Source: Candidatus Komeilibacteria bacterium (lineage in GTDB: Bacteria; Patescibacteriota; Patescibacteriia; UBA1558; 2-01-FULL-52-15). Taken from it: a stretch of 64,000 nt of DNA. Made by a program: the position numbers and the translations under genes. The notes beneath the pieces were generated by a model. It did no database searches. It was not told the DNA's origin and saw nothing but the letters and a program-made list of their open reading frames with translations. This document shows, piece by piece, positions 1 through 7,907 of this stretch (within the stretch, counting starts at the first letter, position 1; the number at the start of each line of letters is the position of its first letter). The stretch spans positions 70,331 through 134,330 of the forward strand of contig JAZDLR010000016.1 of assembly GCA_043801745.1 (NCBI GenBank), read 5' to 3'.

Positions 1-29
1 ACTGTTGCCCTTAACAGGGCAGGGTACGA

Positions 30-41
30 CTAGTCGCCCAT
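30..41 (-). other. 3-codon minigene (M-G-D-stop) with strong SD
   Basis: Minus strand reads gAAAGGAGGcgcaca ATG GGC GAC TAG. Confidence 0.4.
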
Positions 42-153
42 TGTGCGCCTCCTTTCGTGCGCTGAACAAGGTACATTTCCTACCCAGCAGTTCGGGGTGG
101 GGCAGCAGCCACGCCTGGCTACGGGTGACGTGGCCGCTGCGGCCCCCTGCTGG

Positions 154-165
154 TTAGTCGTTCAC
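154..165 (-). other. 3-codon minigene (M-N-D-stop) with strong SD, followed by a long hairpin (84-153)
   Basis: Minus strand reads AAAGGAGGgaaac GTG AAC GAC TAA. Confidence 0.4.
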
Positions 166-241
166 GTTTCCCTCCTTTGGGAAGAAAACTGACTTTTGTG
201 GGACGTGGTTGATCCACGCCCCCAATCGGAATGACTAAAAC

Positions 242-270
242 AGTCTAGCAGAAGCCTATTTTTTTGTCAA
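242..270 (-). promoter_or_regulatory. sigma70-type promoter firing leftward
   Basis: TTGACA-17 nt-TAGACT on minus strand. Confidence 0.65.
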
Positions 271-456
271 TATGGGCTGACAGTATTGTGGCTAATATAA
301 GCTAATATGGCTAATATTAGTGAAATATTGTCATAATTAAATCAATATTAAATTATGACAGTATAATTTATAGAAAAAATTGACATTGATTATTTAAGAA
401 AACTTGAATAAAACCATAAATTAAACTGGTAAAAGCGATAATTCTGTCAGTTAGAC

Positions 457-485
457 TTGACAGAATTTTTTATTTGCGCTATGCT
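457..485 (+). promoter_or_regulatory. sigma70-type promoter; -35 lies inside an inverted repeat (aattctgtcag/ttgacagaatt)
   Basis: TTGACA-17 nt-TATGCT. Confidence 0.65.
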
Positions 486-668
486 CCGTCTTGCCATGCT
501 AGATCTTTAAAATAGAAATATAGATTTACTCGAATTTCTAGACCAATCAGCTGGTATTTTGGTCAACTTGCGGACCAGAAATTATACATCGGGCCGTTCA
601 ATTTGCTGACTTATTGGCTGATTGTCTGGGAATTTGAGATAAACTCAACCCTAACCGCGGAGGTAACG

Positions 669-839
669 GTGAAGAAGCTGCTTGAGGCGCTCAAGGGCTC
701 CCAGCTCATTGCCAAAGGCACCGAGGGTGACAAAGAAATTTGTCACTATCTCCTGCCGGACCGCAGTGGGGTGCTGGAGGTGGAGCTCCCGAAGGCTAAG
801 CCCAAGCAGCCGCCGACCGCGGGTGTTGCCTGGGCTTAG
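669..839 (+). CDS. small hypothetical protein (56 aa)
   Basis: GGAGGT SD before GTG at 669; open to TAG. Confidence 0.6.
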   Translation: MKKLLEALKGSQLIAKGTEGDKEICHYLLPDRSGVLEVELPKAKPKQPPTAGVAWA

Positions 840-844
840 CCTGG

Positions 845-1510
845 AACTTTGATGGAGGTTTTCCGCTTTGGAGAGCGTGACAGCCTGGCAACAGGCGATA
901 CGTGGCACGCTTGGACGCGTGTGCTGCGGGGTGTCCTTCTACGGAAGGAGATCCAATTCTCCACCTAGGAGTTAGGGGTGAGCAGTCCTTACTCTGCGAG
1001 GTCCCCCGAAACGATTAGGCTTACGGCTGTTGGCGCAGCTGTAAGAGTCAGAGGATTTGGGTAGCCCGCCAAAGCTATCTGAATCTGAAAGTCGGTGTCT
1101 AGAGCAGACTGGCCGCAAGCTGGTTTGTCGCTAGACCCCCTGTTACCGACACTGCGTCCCACACTTTCGATAAATGTGTGAACGCAAAACAGGGGTAAGC
1201 CATGACCGTAGGACCATGCCGCAATCCCGTGCGATGCGCGGGTGAAAAGCGGAAGAGAGGAACTGCGTCCTCTCATGCGTGATGCGCCGGCCAGCGCGGA
1301 TCGCAATAAGGTCATGGCGGATAAGAGTGGCATCGTGCTCTCTCACGATGTGGTCAAAGTCGACTGCCGACGCACCGGCGGTTAAGCCCCGCTTAGCTGC
1401 GGGGTGAAAAGTCGACAAGAGTGTGGTTCTTTAGCCTAACACACTCACATTATTTAAAGCCCGATCACCACGATCGGGCCTCTACTCGAGGGCATCACGA
1501 TCGTGATGCA
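845..1510 (+). ncRNA. candidate large structured non-coding RNA
   Basis: No credible ORF; more than 12 consecutive helices, GCAA and UACG tetraloops, one H-type pseudoknot. Confidence 0.55.
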
Positions 1511-1541
1511 TTCAGGGGGAGCATTTAACCAGGAGGTTCGA

Positions 1542-1694
1542 GTGACTCAGGAAAAGATGGTAACCGTGACGCTGCCTTGCGGCTGTCAGATTGTGCAGCG
1601 GCAGTGGGAATCCTTGCCCGCGGTGTGTCCGAAATGTGGTCGGGTATTTGTTCAGGTCAGAATCATCCCGCCGCCACCACGGATCAGGCTGTAG
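1542..1694 (+). CDS. small putative zinc-ribbon protein
   Basis: AGGAGGT SD; CGC...CPKC motifs. Confidence 0.6.
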   Translation: MTQEKMVTVTLPCGCQIVQRQWESLPAVCPKCGRVFVQVRIIPPPPRIRL

Positions 1695-1718
1695 ACCACG
1701 ACCTTAAGGAGGTTGGAA

Positions 1719-2084
1719 ATGAGACCGACTCTGTTCGTGAGCATTGAGAGTCACCATAATCAAAGCCCAGTTGCCCGGGCGTTGAGGTTGGTGGGGGCGG
1801 CGTTCGGTGCCCAACCAGTTGATCAGCTGGTGTGCGAAGAGACAGAGGCGGCGATTGCCATTACTGACTCTGTTGCCACCGCGTTCAACCTGGTTGAGGA
1901 AACCGAGAAGACGGACATCCTGTTGGTGTATTTTGAGAAATGTTACCAACAAGAGGTTCGCGCAGTGGCCGAACGTTTTCCGCAGCGTGTGACAGCTGTA
2001 GTGTATATAGCTACGGCTGACAACGAGGTGGAGGTCGTTCCCTTTTTGCACCAACTTATCACCAATAAGATGAAGGAGGTGTAG
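1719..2084 (+). CDS. hypothetical protein
   Basis: AAGGAGGT SD; operon-like packing. Confidence 0.7.
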   Translation: MRPTLFVSIESHHNQSPVARALRLVGAAFGAQPVDQLVCEETEAAIAITDSVATAFNLVEETEKTDILLVYFEKCYQQEVRAVAERFPQRVTAVVYIATADNEVEVVPFLHQLITNKMKEV

Positions 2085-2085
2085 C

Positions 2086-2352
2086 GTGTCACGTTTGGAC
2101 TTCATGGTCTACGAGGACTCCAAGGTCTGCCTGGCTTTCGGGCAGTCGCTGTCAGAAGATCAGGCGGCAGAACTGGCGGCCGGCAGCGACGAGCGGATCT
2201 TTGATCACATTACAGTGGAGTTTCCTGATGACTCATCGGCGGGACTCTTTCTGGACGCACTGATAGCCATGCATAATCTGGACAACCGCAACGGTCTGGA
2301 GGAGTTTCTGACGGTGTTCTACTGGGAAGCAGTCAAAGGAGGAGCGAAATGA
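2086..2352 (+). CDS. hypothetical acidic protein
   Basis: AGGAGGTG SD at the end of the upstream gene. Confidence 0.65.
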   Translation: MSRLDFMVYEDSKVCLAFGQSLSEDQAAELAAGSDERIFDHITVEFPDDSSAGLFLDALIAMHNLDNRNGLEEFLTVFYWEAVKGGAK

Positions 2353-2417
2353 CTATTCGGGGCCCTGACAGATTATTAATCTGCGGGGCTCTTTTTCTTT
2401 TTTGCTATACTAAAGTC

Positions 2418-3113
2418 ATGAAATTGATTATTGGTTGTGATGAGGCCCCGCACCGCTCCGCCAGAGCCGGAGCTAAGCGGCGTAAACCGGTCGCAAAGCA
2501 AGACGGCTTTATTAAACAACGGATTTTGATTGGTGTAGACGAGGCGGGCCGTGGTGCCTGGGCCGGCCCACTGGTAGCGGCCGCGGTTTGTTTGAAAAAC
2601 GAAAAAAAATTTAAGCACCCTTTAATTAAAGATTCAAAAAAACTTTCACCACAACAAAGGCAGGAAGTTTTTATTTATTTACAACCAATATGTAAGATTG
2701 GAATTGGCGTTGTTGAGGTAGGGGAGATTAATGAGTGGGGATTGCAGAAGGCCAATGTCGTGGCAGTGGAAAGGGCATTAATAGAAGTAAGGAGAAAGAA
2801 GAAGGGAGTAGGGGAAATCTTAATTGATCATATTGGAGGATTTAAAAATTATACTACGCTGAAAGAAAATTATTCGTTACATAAATTCGGTGAAAGTAAA
2901 TATCAGGAAATTGCGGCGGCGTCTATAGTGGCTAAAGTTTCGCGGGATCAGATGATGTGTAAATTACATAAAAAATTTCCGCACTACGGATTTGCTGAAC
3001 ATAAGGGGTATGGAACCCAGCAACATTTAACAGCGCTAAAGAAATACGGAGTGACGCCACTACACCGTTTAAAATTTCAACCAATAATTCGACTGCGGGA
3101 ATTAGTTGAATAA
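2418..3113 (+). CDS. rnhB: ribonuclease HII with duplicated N-terminal motif
   Basis: GVDEAGRGAWAGP, DSKKL, IAAASIVAKVSRD, HKGYGT motifs. Confidence 0.95.
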   Translation: MKLIIGCDEAPHRSARAGAKRRKPVAKQDGFIKQRILIGVDEAGRGAWAGPLVAAAVCLKNEKKFKHPLIKDSKKLSPQQRQEVFIYLQPICKIGIGVVEVGEINEWGLQKANVVAVERALIEVRRKKKGVGEILIDHIGGFKNYTTLKENYSLHKFGESKYQEIAAASIVAKVSRDQMMCKLHKKFPHYGFAEHKGYGTQQHLTALKKYGVTPLHRLKFQPIIRLRELVE

Positions 3114-3191
3114 ACAAATAACCCCGCCGATTCTGATGGGAGCTCCGACTAATCGGAGTATTCCCACCAGAACCGAACGGGGAAAAAGAGA

Positions 3192-4292
3192 TTATTTCTG
3201 GCAAGGCCGGCAGACCCGGGCCTTGGTTTCCTGGAACCGTACCCGCCATGTCCGCTTCTCGGTCGGGAGCGGAAGGAAGGACACGGTGTCACCAGCGGTG
3301 CGTGAGCAGAGAAGCAGCTTCTCGTCGAGAAAGCTGGGAGGCGCCGCCTCGGCTCTGGCCTCTTTTCTTTCCCAGCGCAGGTTGAGCAGCCAGGCGATCC
3401 CGACTATGAGGAGCAATACCGAGTAGAAAATAAGTGGGGTGATGAGAAGGTACAGCCACCAGTTCCCCGTAGGCAGTCCAATGGTGTCGGCGACAATGAC
3501 GACTATCATGAAAAGTGCCAGCCAGATCAGGGGCGTAATAGGAACAAGGAAAACGTTGCCCCGGGCAGGATAATCATCGTAGTCACTGGACCGCACATCG
3601 TCGGGGTTGTAATTCAAGGGGTTGATTACCGGTCTCCAATCGATCCCCTGTTTGTTAAGGAGAAGGAGTCGCCAGACGGCATAGATCAGGGCTAGCAGCG
3701 GCTTGAGCAAGAAAATCACGACCGGCTGAATGAAGATGGCCACCAGCAGCCGCCCGCGTTCTTCACACTCGTTGGCCGGTTCGGAACCGAACCAGCGACT
3801 GATCCAGTGTTTCCACCAGGTCGGCCGTATGGGCGCGAAGTTCTTGTCAGATACGATGACCTTGACGGAGTCAAGGGCGATGAACTTCAGCTCCAGCTCT
3901 CGTCCGATAGTGCGCTGCAGCTCGGCCAAATCATAGCCTTCATCGTTGTAATTGAAGAGCTGACAGCTGAAGCTTCTGAAGGGACGGTTCAGAAGCTTCC
4001 GCATTTTTTCGGCCCCCCCCTTTCCTCCCAGCATGGAGTAGAAGACCAGGCCGATCAGATCATTGGCTCCGCCGGCATTGAACTGGACGAACTGCTGGAG
4101 TTCGTCAGCCCGCACCAGCCAACGCTGCTCATATCCGCTTTTGGTGCGGGTAACAAGCAGAACATAGATTTCCCTGACCTTTTCCTTGAAGGCCAGGGCT
4201 TCCAGCTCAGCAGCGTCAAAGCACCACTGAACCGGTAGATTGTTGGCCGCTTGTTCCAAGGCGGCCGGGATCAGTTTGAACTTGATGAACAT
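3192..4292 (-). CDS. hypothetical membrane protein
   Basis: GGAGGT SD before ATG 4292; several hydrophobic segments; C-terminal CRPC. Confidence 0.75.
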   Translation of the reverse strand: MFIKFKLIPAALEQAANNLPVQWCFDAAELEALAFKEKVREIYVLLVTRTKSGYEQRWLVRADELQQFVQFNAGGANDLIGLVFYSMLGGKGGAEKMRKLLNRPFRSFSCQLFNYNDEGYDLAELQRTIGRELELKFIALDSVKVIVSDKNFAPIRPTWWKHWISRWFGSEPANECEERGRLLVAIFIQPVVIFLLKPLLALIYAVWRLLLLNKQGIDWRPVINPLNYNPDDVRSSDYDDYPARGNVFLVPITPLIWLALFMIVVIVADTIGLPTGNWWLYLLITPLIFYSVLLLIVGIAWLLNLRWERKEARAEAAPPSFLDEKLLLCSRTAGDTVSFLPLPTEKRTWRVRFQETKARVCRPCQK

Positions 4293-4410
4293 GGTTACCT
4301 CCGGGTTTGGGGTATTGTTGGCGCCGAGAAATGTGCAGGAAAAAGAATGTAAAAGGACGGGATCATATTTGCCTGATTTTGTCAAGAGGACATTCAATTA
4401 AATAACAAAA

Positions 4411-4460
4411 GCCCCGTTCCGCTGACTGCTTTTGCTTTGCAATCTTTTTGCGGAACGGGG
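4411..4460. terminator. intrinsic terminator hairpin
   Basis: ccccgttccgc...gcggaacgggg inverted repeat; U-run on minus strand. Confidence 0.6.
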
Positions 4461-4465
4461 ACACA

Positions 4466-4603
4466 TCAGAACTGCAGCGCTGAGCCGCTGGGCGGAAAAT
4501 AGCACCAGACCAAACTCATCACGAAAACCACTGCACAGCAAGCGAGGAAAATAACAAAGAGAGAGAATAACCAGCGCCTGACCCTTTCCCGATTAATTCT
4601 CAC
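4466..4603 (-). CDS. 45-aa single-TM peptide (MRINRERVRRWLFSLFVIFLACC...)
   Basis: AAGGAGG SD, GTG start, own TTGACG-17-TAGGAT promoter and terminator; below ORF-track cutoff. Confidence 0.6.
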   Translation of the reverse strand: MRINRERVRRWLFSLFVIFLACCAVVFVMSLVWCYFPPSGSALQF

Positions 4604-4705
4604 CTAGCGCCTCCTTGGCTGGGTACGAAAACTTAAACATCCTAGTTCTTTTTTGGGTCAGCGTCAATGCTAGTAATTTAACAGCATTTATTTTATACTG
4701 TACTT

Positions 4706-5269
4706 ATGCAACAAATTATTTCCGGTGGCAACGAACTACTGGATCCGAAGAAAATTTTGGGTGACAATTTACATCTCGAATCGGCCAAGGTAGTGGGCGA
4801 CTTGGGTTGTGGTGGCGCCGGTTATTTTACTATGGCTGCGGCCCGTCTAGTGGGCGACCAGGGTCAGGTTTATGCTGTTGATATTCTGAAGACGGTTTTA
4901 TCCAGCGTGGAAAGTAAGGCGCGTATGCAGAAACTTTATAATGTTAAGCCAATCTGGAGCAACCTGGAAGTTTATGGCGCTACGTCGATTCCCGAAGCTT
5001 CGCTGGATTACGCCTTACTAATCAACATTTTATTTCAATCACACCAGCATAAGGAAATCATGGCTGAGGCTGTGCGCCTGATGAAGCCGGGGGCGAAATT
5101 AGTGGTAATTGACTGGGATCGGGGACATAATGCTTTGGGCCCGTCTGAGGCTGATAAGGTGGATCAGGATAAGATCCGGCAATATGCTGGCGAATTAAAT
5201 TTGGCCGAGATTGACGATTTCAAAGCTGGACAATATCATTTCGGTATGATATTTATGAAAGCTAGTTAA
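4706..5269 (+). CDS. class I SAM-dependent methyltransferase
   Basis: VGDLGCGGAG motif I; VYAVDI; LMKPGAKLVVIDW. Confidence 0.9.
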   Translation: MQQIISGGNELLDPKKILGDNLHLESAKVVGDLGCGGAGYFTMAAARLVGDQGQVYAVDILKTVLSSVESKARMQKLYNVKPIWSNLEVYGATSIPEASLDYALLINILFQSHQHKEIMAEAVRLMKPGAKLVVIDWDRGHNALGPSEADKVDQDKIRQYAGELNLAEIDDFKAGQYHFGMIFMKAS

Positions 5270-5270
5270 T

Positions 5271-5666
5271 ATGCCTATTTGGATCGACTATCTTTTTAAT
5301 CTGACTCCGGGAGCGCCGAACTTAATGTTCTGGCGCAGTTTATTTGTAATTATTGGTTTATTGTTGGCCGCAGGCATTGCCGGTATTATTTTGCAGCGCA
5401 GTGAAGACAAGTTCACCCATCGTTTGGGTGAGCGTTTGACTCTCTGGGGATTTACTACAGCCGTGGTCATGTTGCTGCTGGCCAGCTTTCGTTTTCAGAA
5501 TGTTTACTGGTTCAGTATGCGTTTTCTTTTGTATTTTTGGGCCGCCCTGATGGCTGTTTGGATAGTAATAATTTCTTGGTGGTGGTTTATGAAGGTCCCA
5601 CATTTACGCCTGAAGCGTCAGAAGAATCAGGAATATAATAAATACTTGCCCGGAATTAGGCATTAA
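5271..5666 (+). CDS. hypothetical membrane protein (3 TM)
   Basis: Hydrophobic helices; C-terminal KYLP. Confidence 0.75.
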   Translation: MPIWIDYLFNLTPGAPNLMFWRSLFVIIGLLLAAGIAGIILQRSEDKFTHRLGERLTLWGFTTAVVMLLLASFRFQNVYWFSMRFLLYFWAALMAVWIVIISWWWFMKVPHLRLKRQKNQEYNKYLPGIRH

Positions 5667-5747
5667 GCTTTGGGCGTTAACTGGTAGTTGATTAAAATCG
5701 AAACAAGCTTTCAAAATAGGGGAGCTTTATTTTTTTTGTGAACAAAC

Positions 5748-6113
5748 ATGTTTAACTATAAACAAAGATTGGGGAAACAAGGAGAAAGCGCCGTGGTGCG
5801 TTGGATCCGCCAGCAGGGAGGTACTGTAATAGCCCGCAATAAACACTATTCCGGAGGTGAGTTGGATATTGTTGCTTGGTGGCAAGACCGCCTGTGTTTT
5901 ATCGAGGTTAAAACCCGAAGATATAATGATGATAATTATGGCGGATTGGACGAGGCCATTACCGCTGTCAAGTTAAACAAATTAAACGTGGCCGCACAGG
6001 CCTTTCTTCAGGGGTTGGTCAGCGAGCTGCCGGCTAGATATTTGATAGCGCTGGTTATAATCAATAATAATAAACAATTTACCATCCGCCTTGTTGAAAT
6101 TGAGGAAATATAG
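5748..6113 (+). CDS. yraN: YraN/UPF0102 family PD-(D/E)XK nuclease-like protein
   Basis: LGKQGE, GELDIVA, FIEVKTR motifs. Confidence 0.9.
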   Translation: MFNYKQRLGKQGESAVVRWIRQQGGTVIARNKHYSGGELDIVAWWQDRLCFIEVKTRRYNDDNYGGLDEAITAVKLNKLNVAAQAFLQGLVSELPARYLIALVIINNNKQFTIRLVEIEEI

Positions 6114-6231
6114 GTCCGGCTTTGATCAGAAACCACCGGTTGTGTGATAATGGGGTTGACGAATATTATTAATATGTTATTATCATCCAGCTATATTAGT
6201 GTAGCAAAAAGTACTTTTGTGAAATCGATAT

Positions 6232-6357
6232 GAAGGGGGTCGCGGACACCGTTAGCTGATGGGAGCTATCACTACCCCGACAAGATTCGTCTTGTCGCTC
6301 CCGCGGCATACATCGCCAGGCTTAATTGTCTGGCACACTGCATCGTCCGCCCCCTTC
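6232..6357 (+). ncRNA. candidate small ncRNA with 6S-like architecture
   Basis: Closing stem gaagggg..gcggac/gtccgcccccttc; GAUGGGAGCU/GGCAUACAUC inner stem; upstream TTGACG promoter; downstream terminator. Confidence 0.4.
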
Positions 6358-6366
6358 GCCATTTGG

Positions 6367-6419
6367 ACCTCGCCGCTTTCTGACAACTCAGATCCACACG
6401 CGGCGGGGTCTTTCTTTTT
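6367..6419 (+). terminator. intrinsic terminator
   Basis: gacctcgccgc...gcggcggggtc followed by tttcttttt. Confidence 0.65.
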
Positions 6420-6446
6420 CCCCTTAGAAACTTGGTTCTAACGGGG
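6420..6446. repeat. CCCCGTTAGAA...TTCTAACGGGG inverted-repeat family copy
   Basis: Related copies at 11708, 15732 and 22908. Confidence 0.7.
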
Positions 6447-6632
6447 CTTTGACAAAAAAAGCCAGGTGTCCTATTCTATGATCATAGGCTTAGTGTACAA
6501 CTATGCCTTTTTTTCTTCATTAAAATTATCATCCCGCTCTAGCGGGATGAAGATCTAATAGAGAAAAACCCGCCGAAGCTCCGAGCTAATCGAGGGGCGT
6601 AGGCGGGTTATTAACTCACTAGCAAGTAAAAC

Positions 6633-7886
6633 ATGTCTAACGAAATTTTGCAGGCCATTAAAGTAATTTGTGAGGAAAAAAATCTTTCCGTGGAATCAGT
6701 AATTGAAACCATCGAGGCTGCGATGGCCGCGGCTTACCGTAAAGATTTTGCCGAAAAGAATCAAAACATTAAGGTTGTTTTTGATGCCAAAACCGGCAAT
6801 TCCAAAGTGTATGATGTTAAGGTGGTAGTGCCAGACGCTGATCTTGAAGCTCAAGAAGCTGCCTGGGAAGAGCAGCATGCCCGCCGGGAAGCCGGCGAGG
6901 AGATCACCGCAGAGGATGAAGTCAAGCGTTTTAATCCCAAAACGGAAATAATGCTGGCTGATGCCAAAAAGATTAAGAAGGGTCTGGAAGTTGGCGAAGA
7001 AATAACCACCGAACTGAAAGTTCCGGCTGAATATGGACGCATGGCAGCGCAAACAGCTAAGCAGGTTATTATTCAACGTTTACGTGAAGCCGAACGGGAA
7101 AATGTTTTTGCTAATTATAAAGATAAGGTTGGTATTATTGTGACCGGTACGGTGCAACGTTTTGATGGGCGGGCCGTGGTAATTGATCTGGGTCAGGCGC
7201 AGGCTTTGATGACACCGGAAGAACAAATCCGTAATGAGCGTTATATGCCCGGTTCGCGTTTTAAGTTTTATATCGTAGCCGTAGAAATGAAGGCTAAGGG
7301 CCCGGAAATTATTGTTTCCCGCGCGCACGCTGAATTAGTACGTCAGTTATTTGCCCAAGAAGTTCCTGAAGTCAGCGCTGGGACTGTAATAATCAAAGAG
7401 GTGGCACGTGAAGCGGGCTCCCGCACTAAAGTGGCGGTCAGCACCGAAGACCCCAATATTGATCCGGTTGGTTCCTGTGTGGGCCAGCGCGGTACCCGCG
7501 TGCAAACAGTTATTGCTGAATTGGGCGGTGAGAAAATTGATATTATTGAATGGAGCGATGATACGGAATTATTTATTACTCAGGCTCTGTCGCCAGCCAA
7601 AGTTATTTCGGTGGAGTTACAGCCCGAGACGAAGGTCGCAGTAGTTAAGGTTCCGGAAGATCAGCTGTCCCTGGCTATTGGCCGGTCAGGTCAAAATGTG
7701 CGCTTAGCTTCCAAGCTAACAGGCTGGAAGATTGATATTGCTTCACCTGACGGAACCTTGCAGGGTATGGCTGAGCCCGGTGATGAAACCGCGTCCGTCA
7801 GTCCCGAAAACATTGTGGCAGAAGACGCCGCTAACCCCGCCGAAGAGGTTGCGGCTGCTCCTAAAGAGGAAGCAGAATCTAATTAA
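6633..7886 (+). CDS. nusA: transcription termination factor NusA
   Basis: GRMAAQTAKQVIIQRLREAER, S1 and KH domains, SLAIGRSGQNVRLA. Confidence 0.98.
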   Translation: MSNEILQAIKVICEEKNLSVESVIETIEAAMAAAYRKDFAEKNQNIKVVFDAKTGNSKVYDVKVVVPDADLEAQEAAWEEQHARREAGEEITAEDEVKRFNPKTEIMLADAKKIKKGLEVGEEITTELKVPAEYGRMAAQTAKQVIIQRLREAERENVFANYKDKVGIIVTGTVQRFDGRAVVIDLGQAQALMTPEEQIRNERYMPGSRFKFYIVAVEMKAKGPEIIVSRAHAELVRQLFAQEVPEVSAGTVIIKEVAREAGSRTKVAVSTEDPNIDPVGSCVGQRGTRVQTVIAELGGEKIDIIEWSDDTELFITQALSPAKVISVELQPETKVAVVKVPEDQLSLAIGRSGQNVRLASKLTGWKIDIASPDGTLQGMAEPGDETASVSPENIVAEDAANPAEEVAAAPKEEAESN

Positions 7887-7907
7887 CGTTAATAATTTTT
7901 CAACCCT

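Noticed and set aside
1359-1416. Three-way junction with GAAA resembling a hammerhead ribozyme
   Set aside because: The CUGANGA core is absent (GGUUAA instead).
845-1510. RNase P, tmRNA or group II intron identity for the large structured region; ORFs 989-1333 and 1143-1418
   Set aside because: No GAGGAAAGUCC core, no tRNA-like ends and no domain V. The minus-strand ORFs lack an SD and recognisable protein features.
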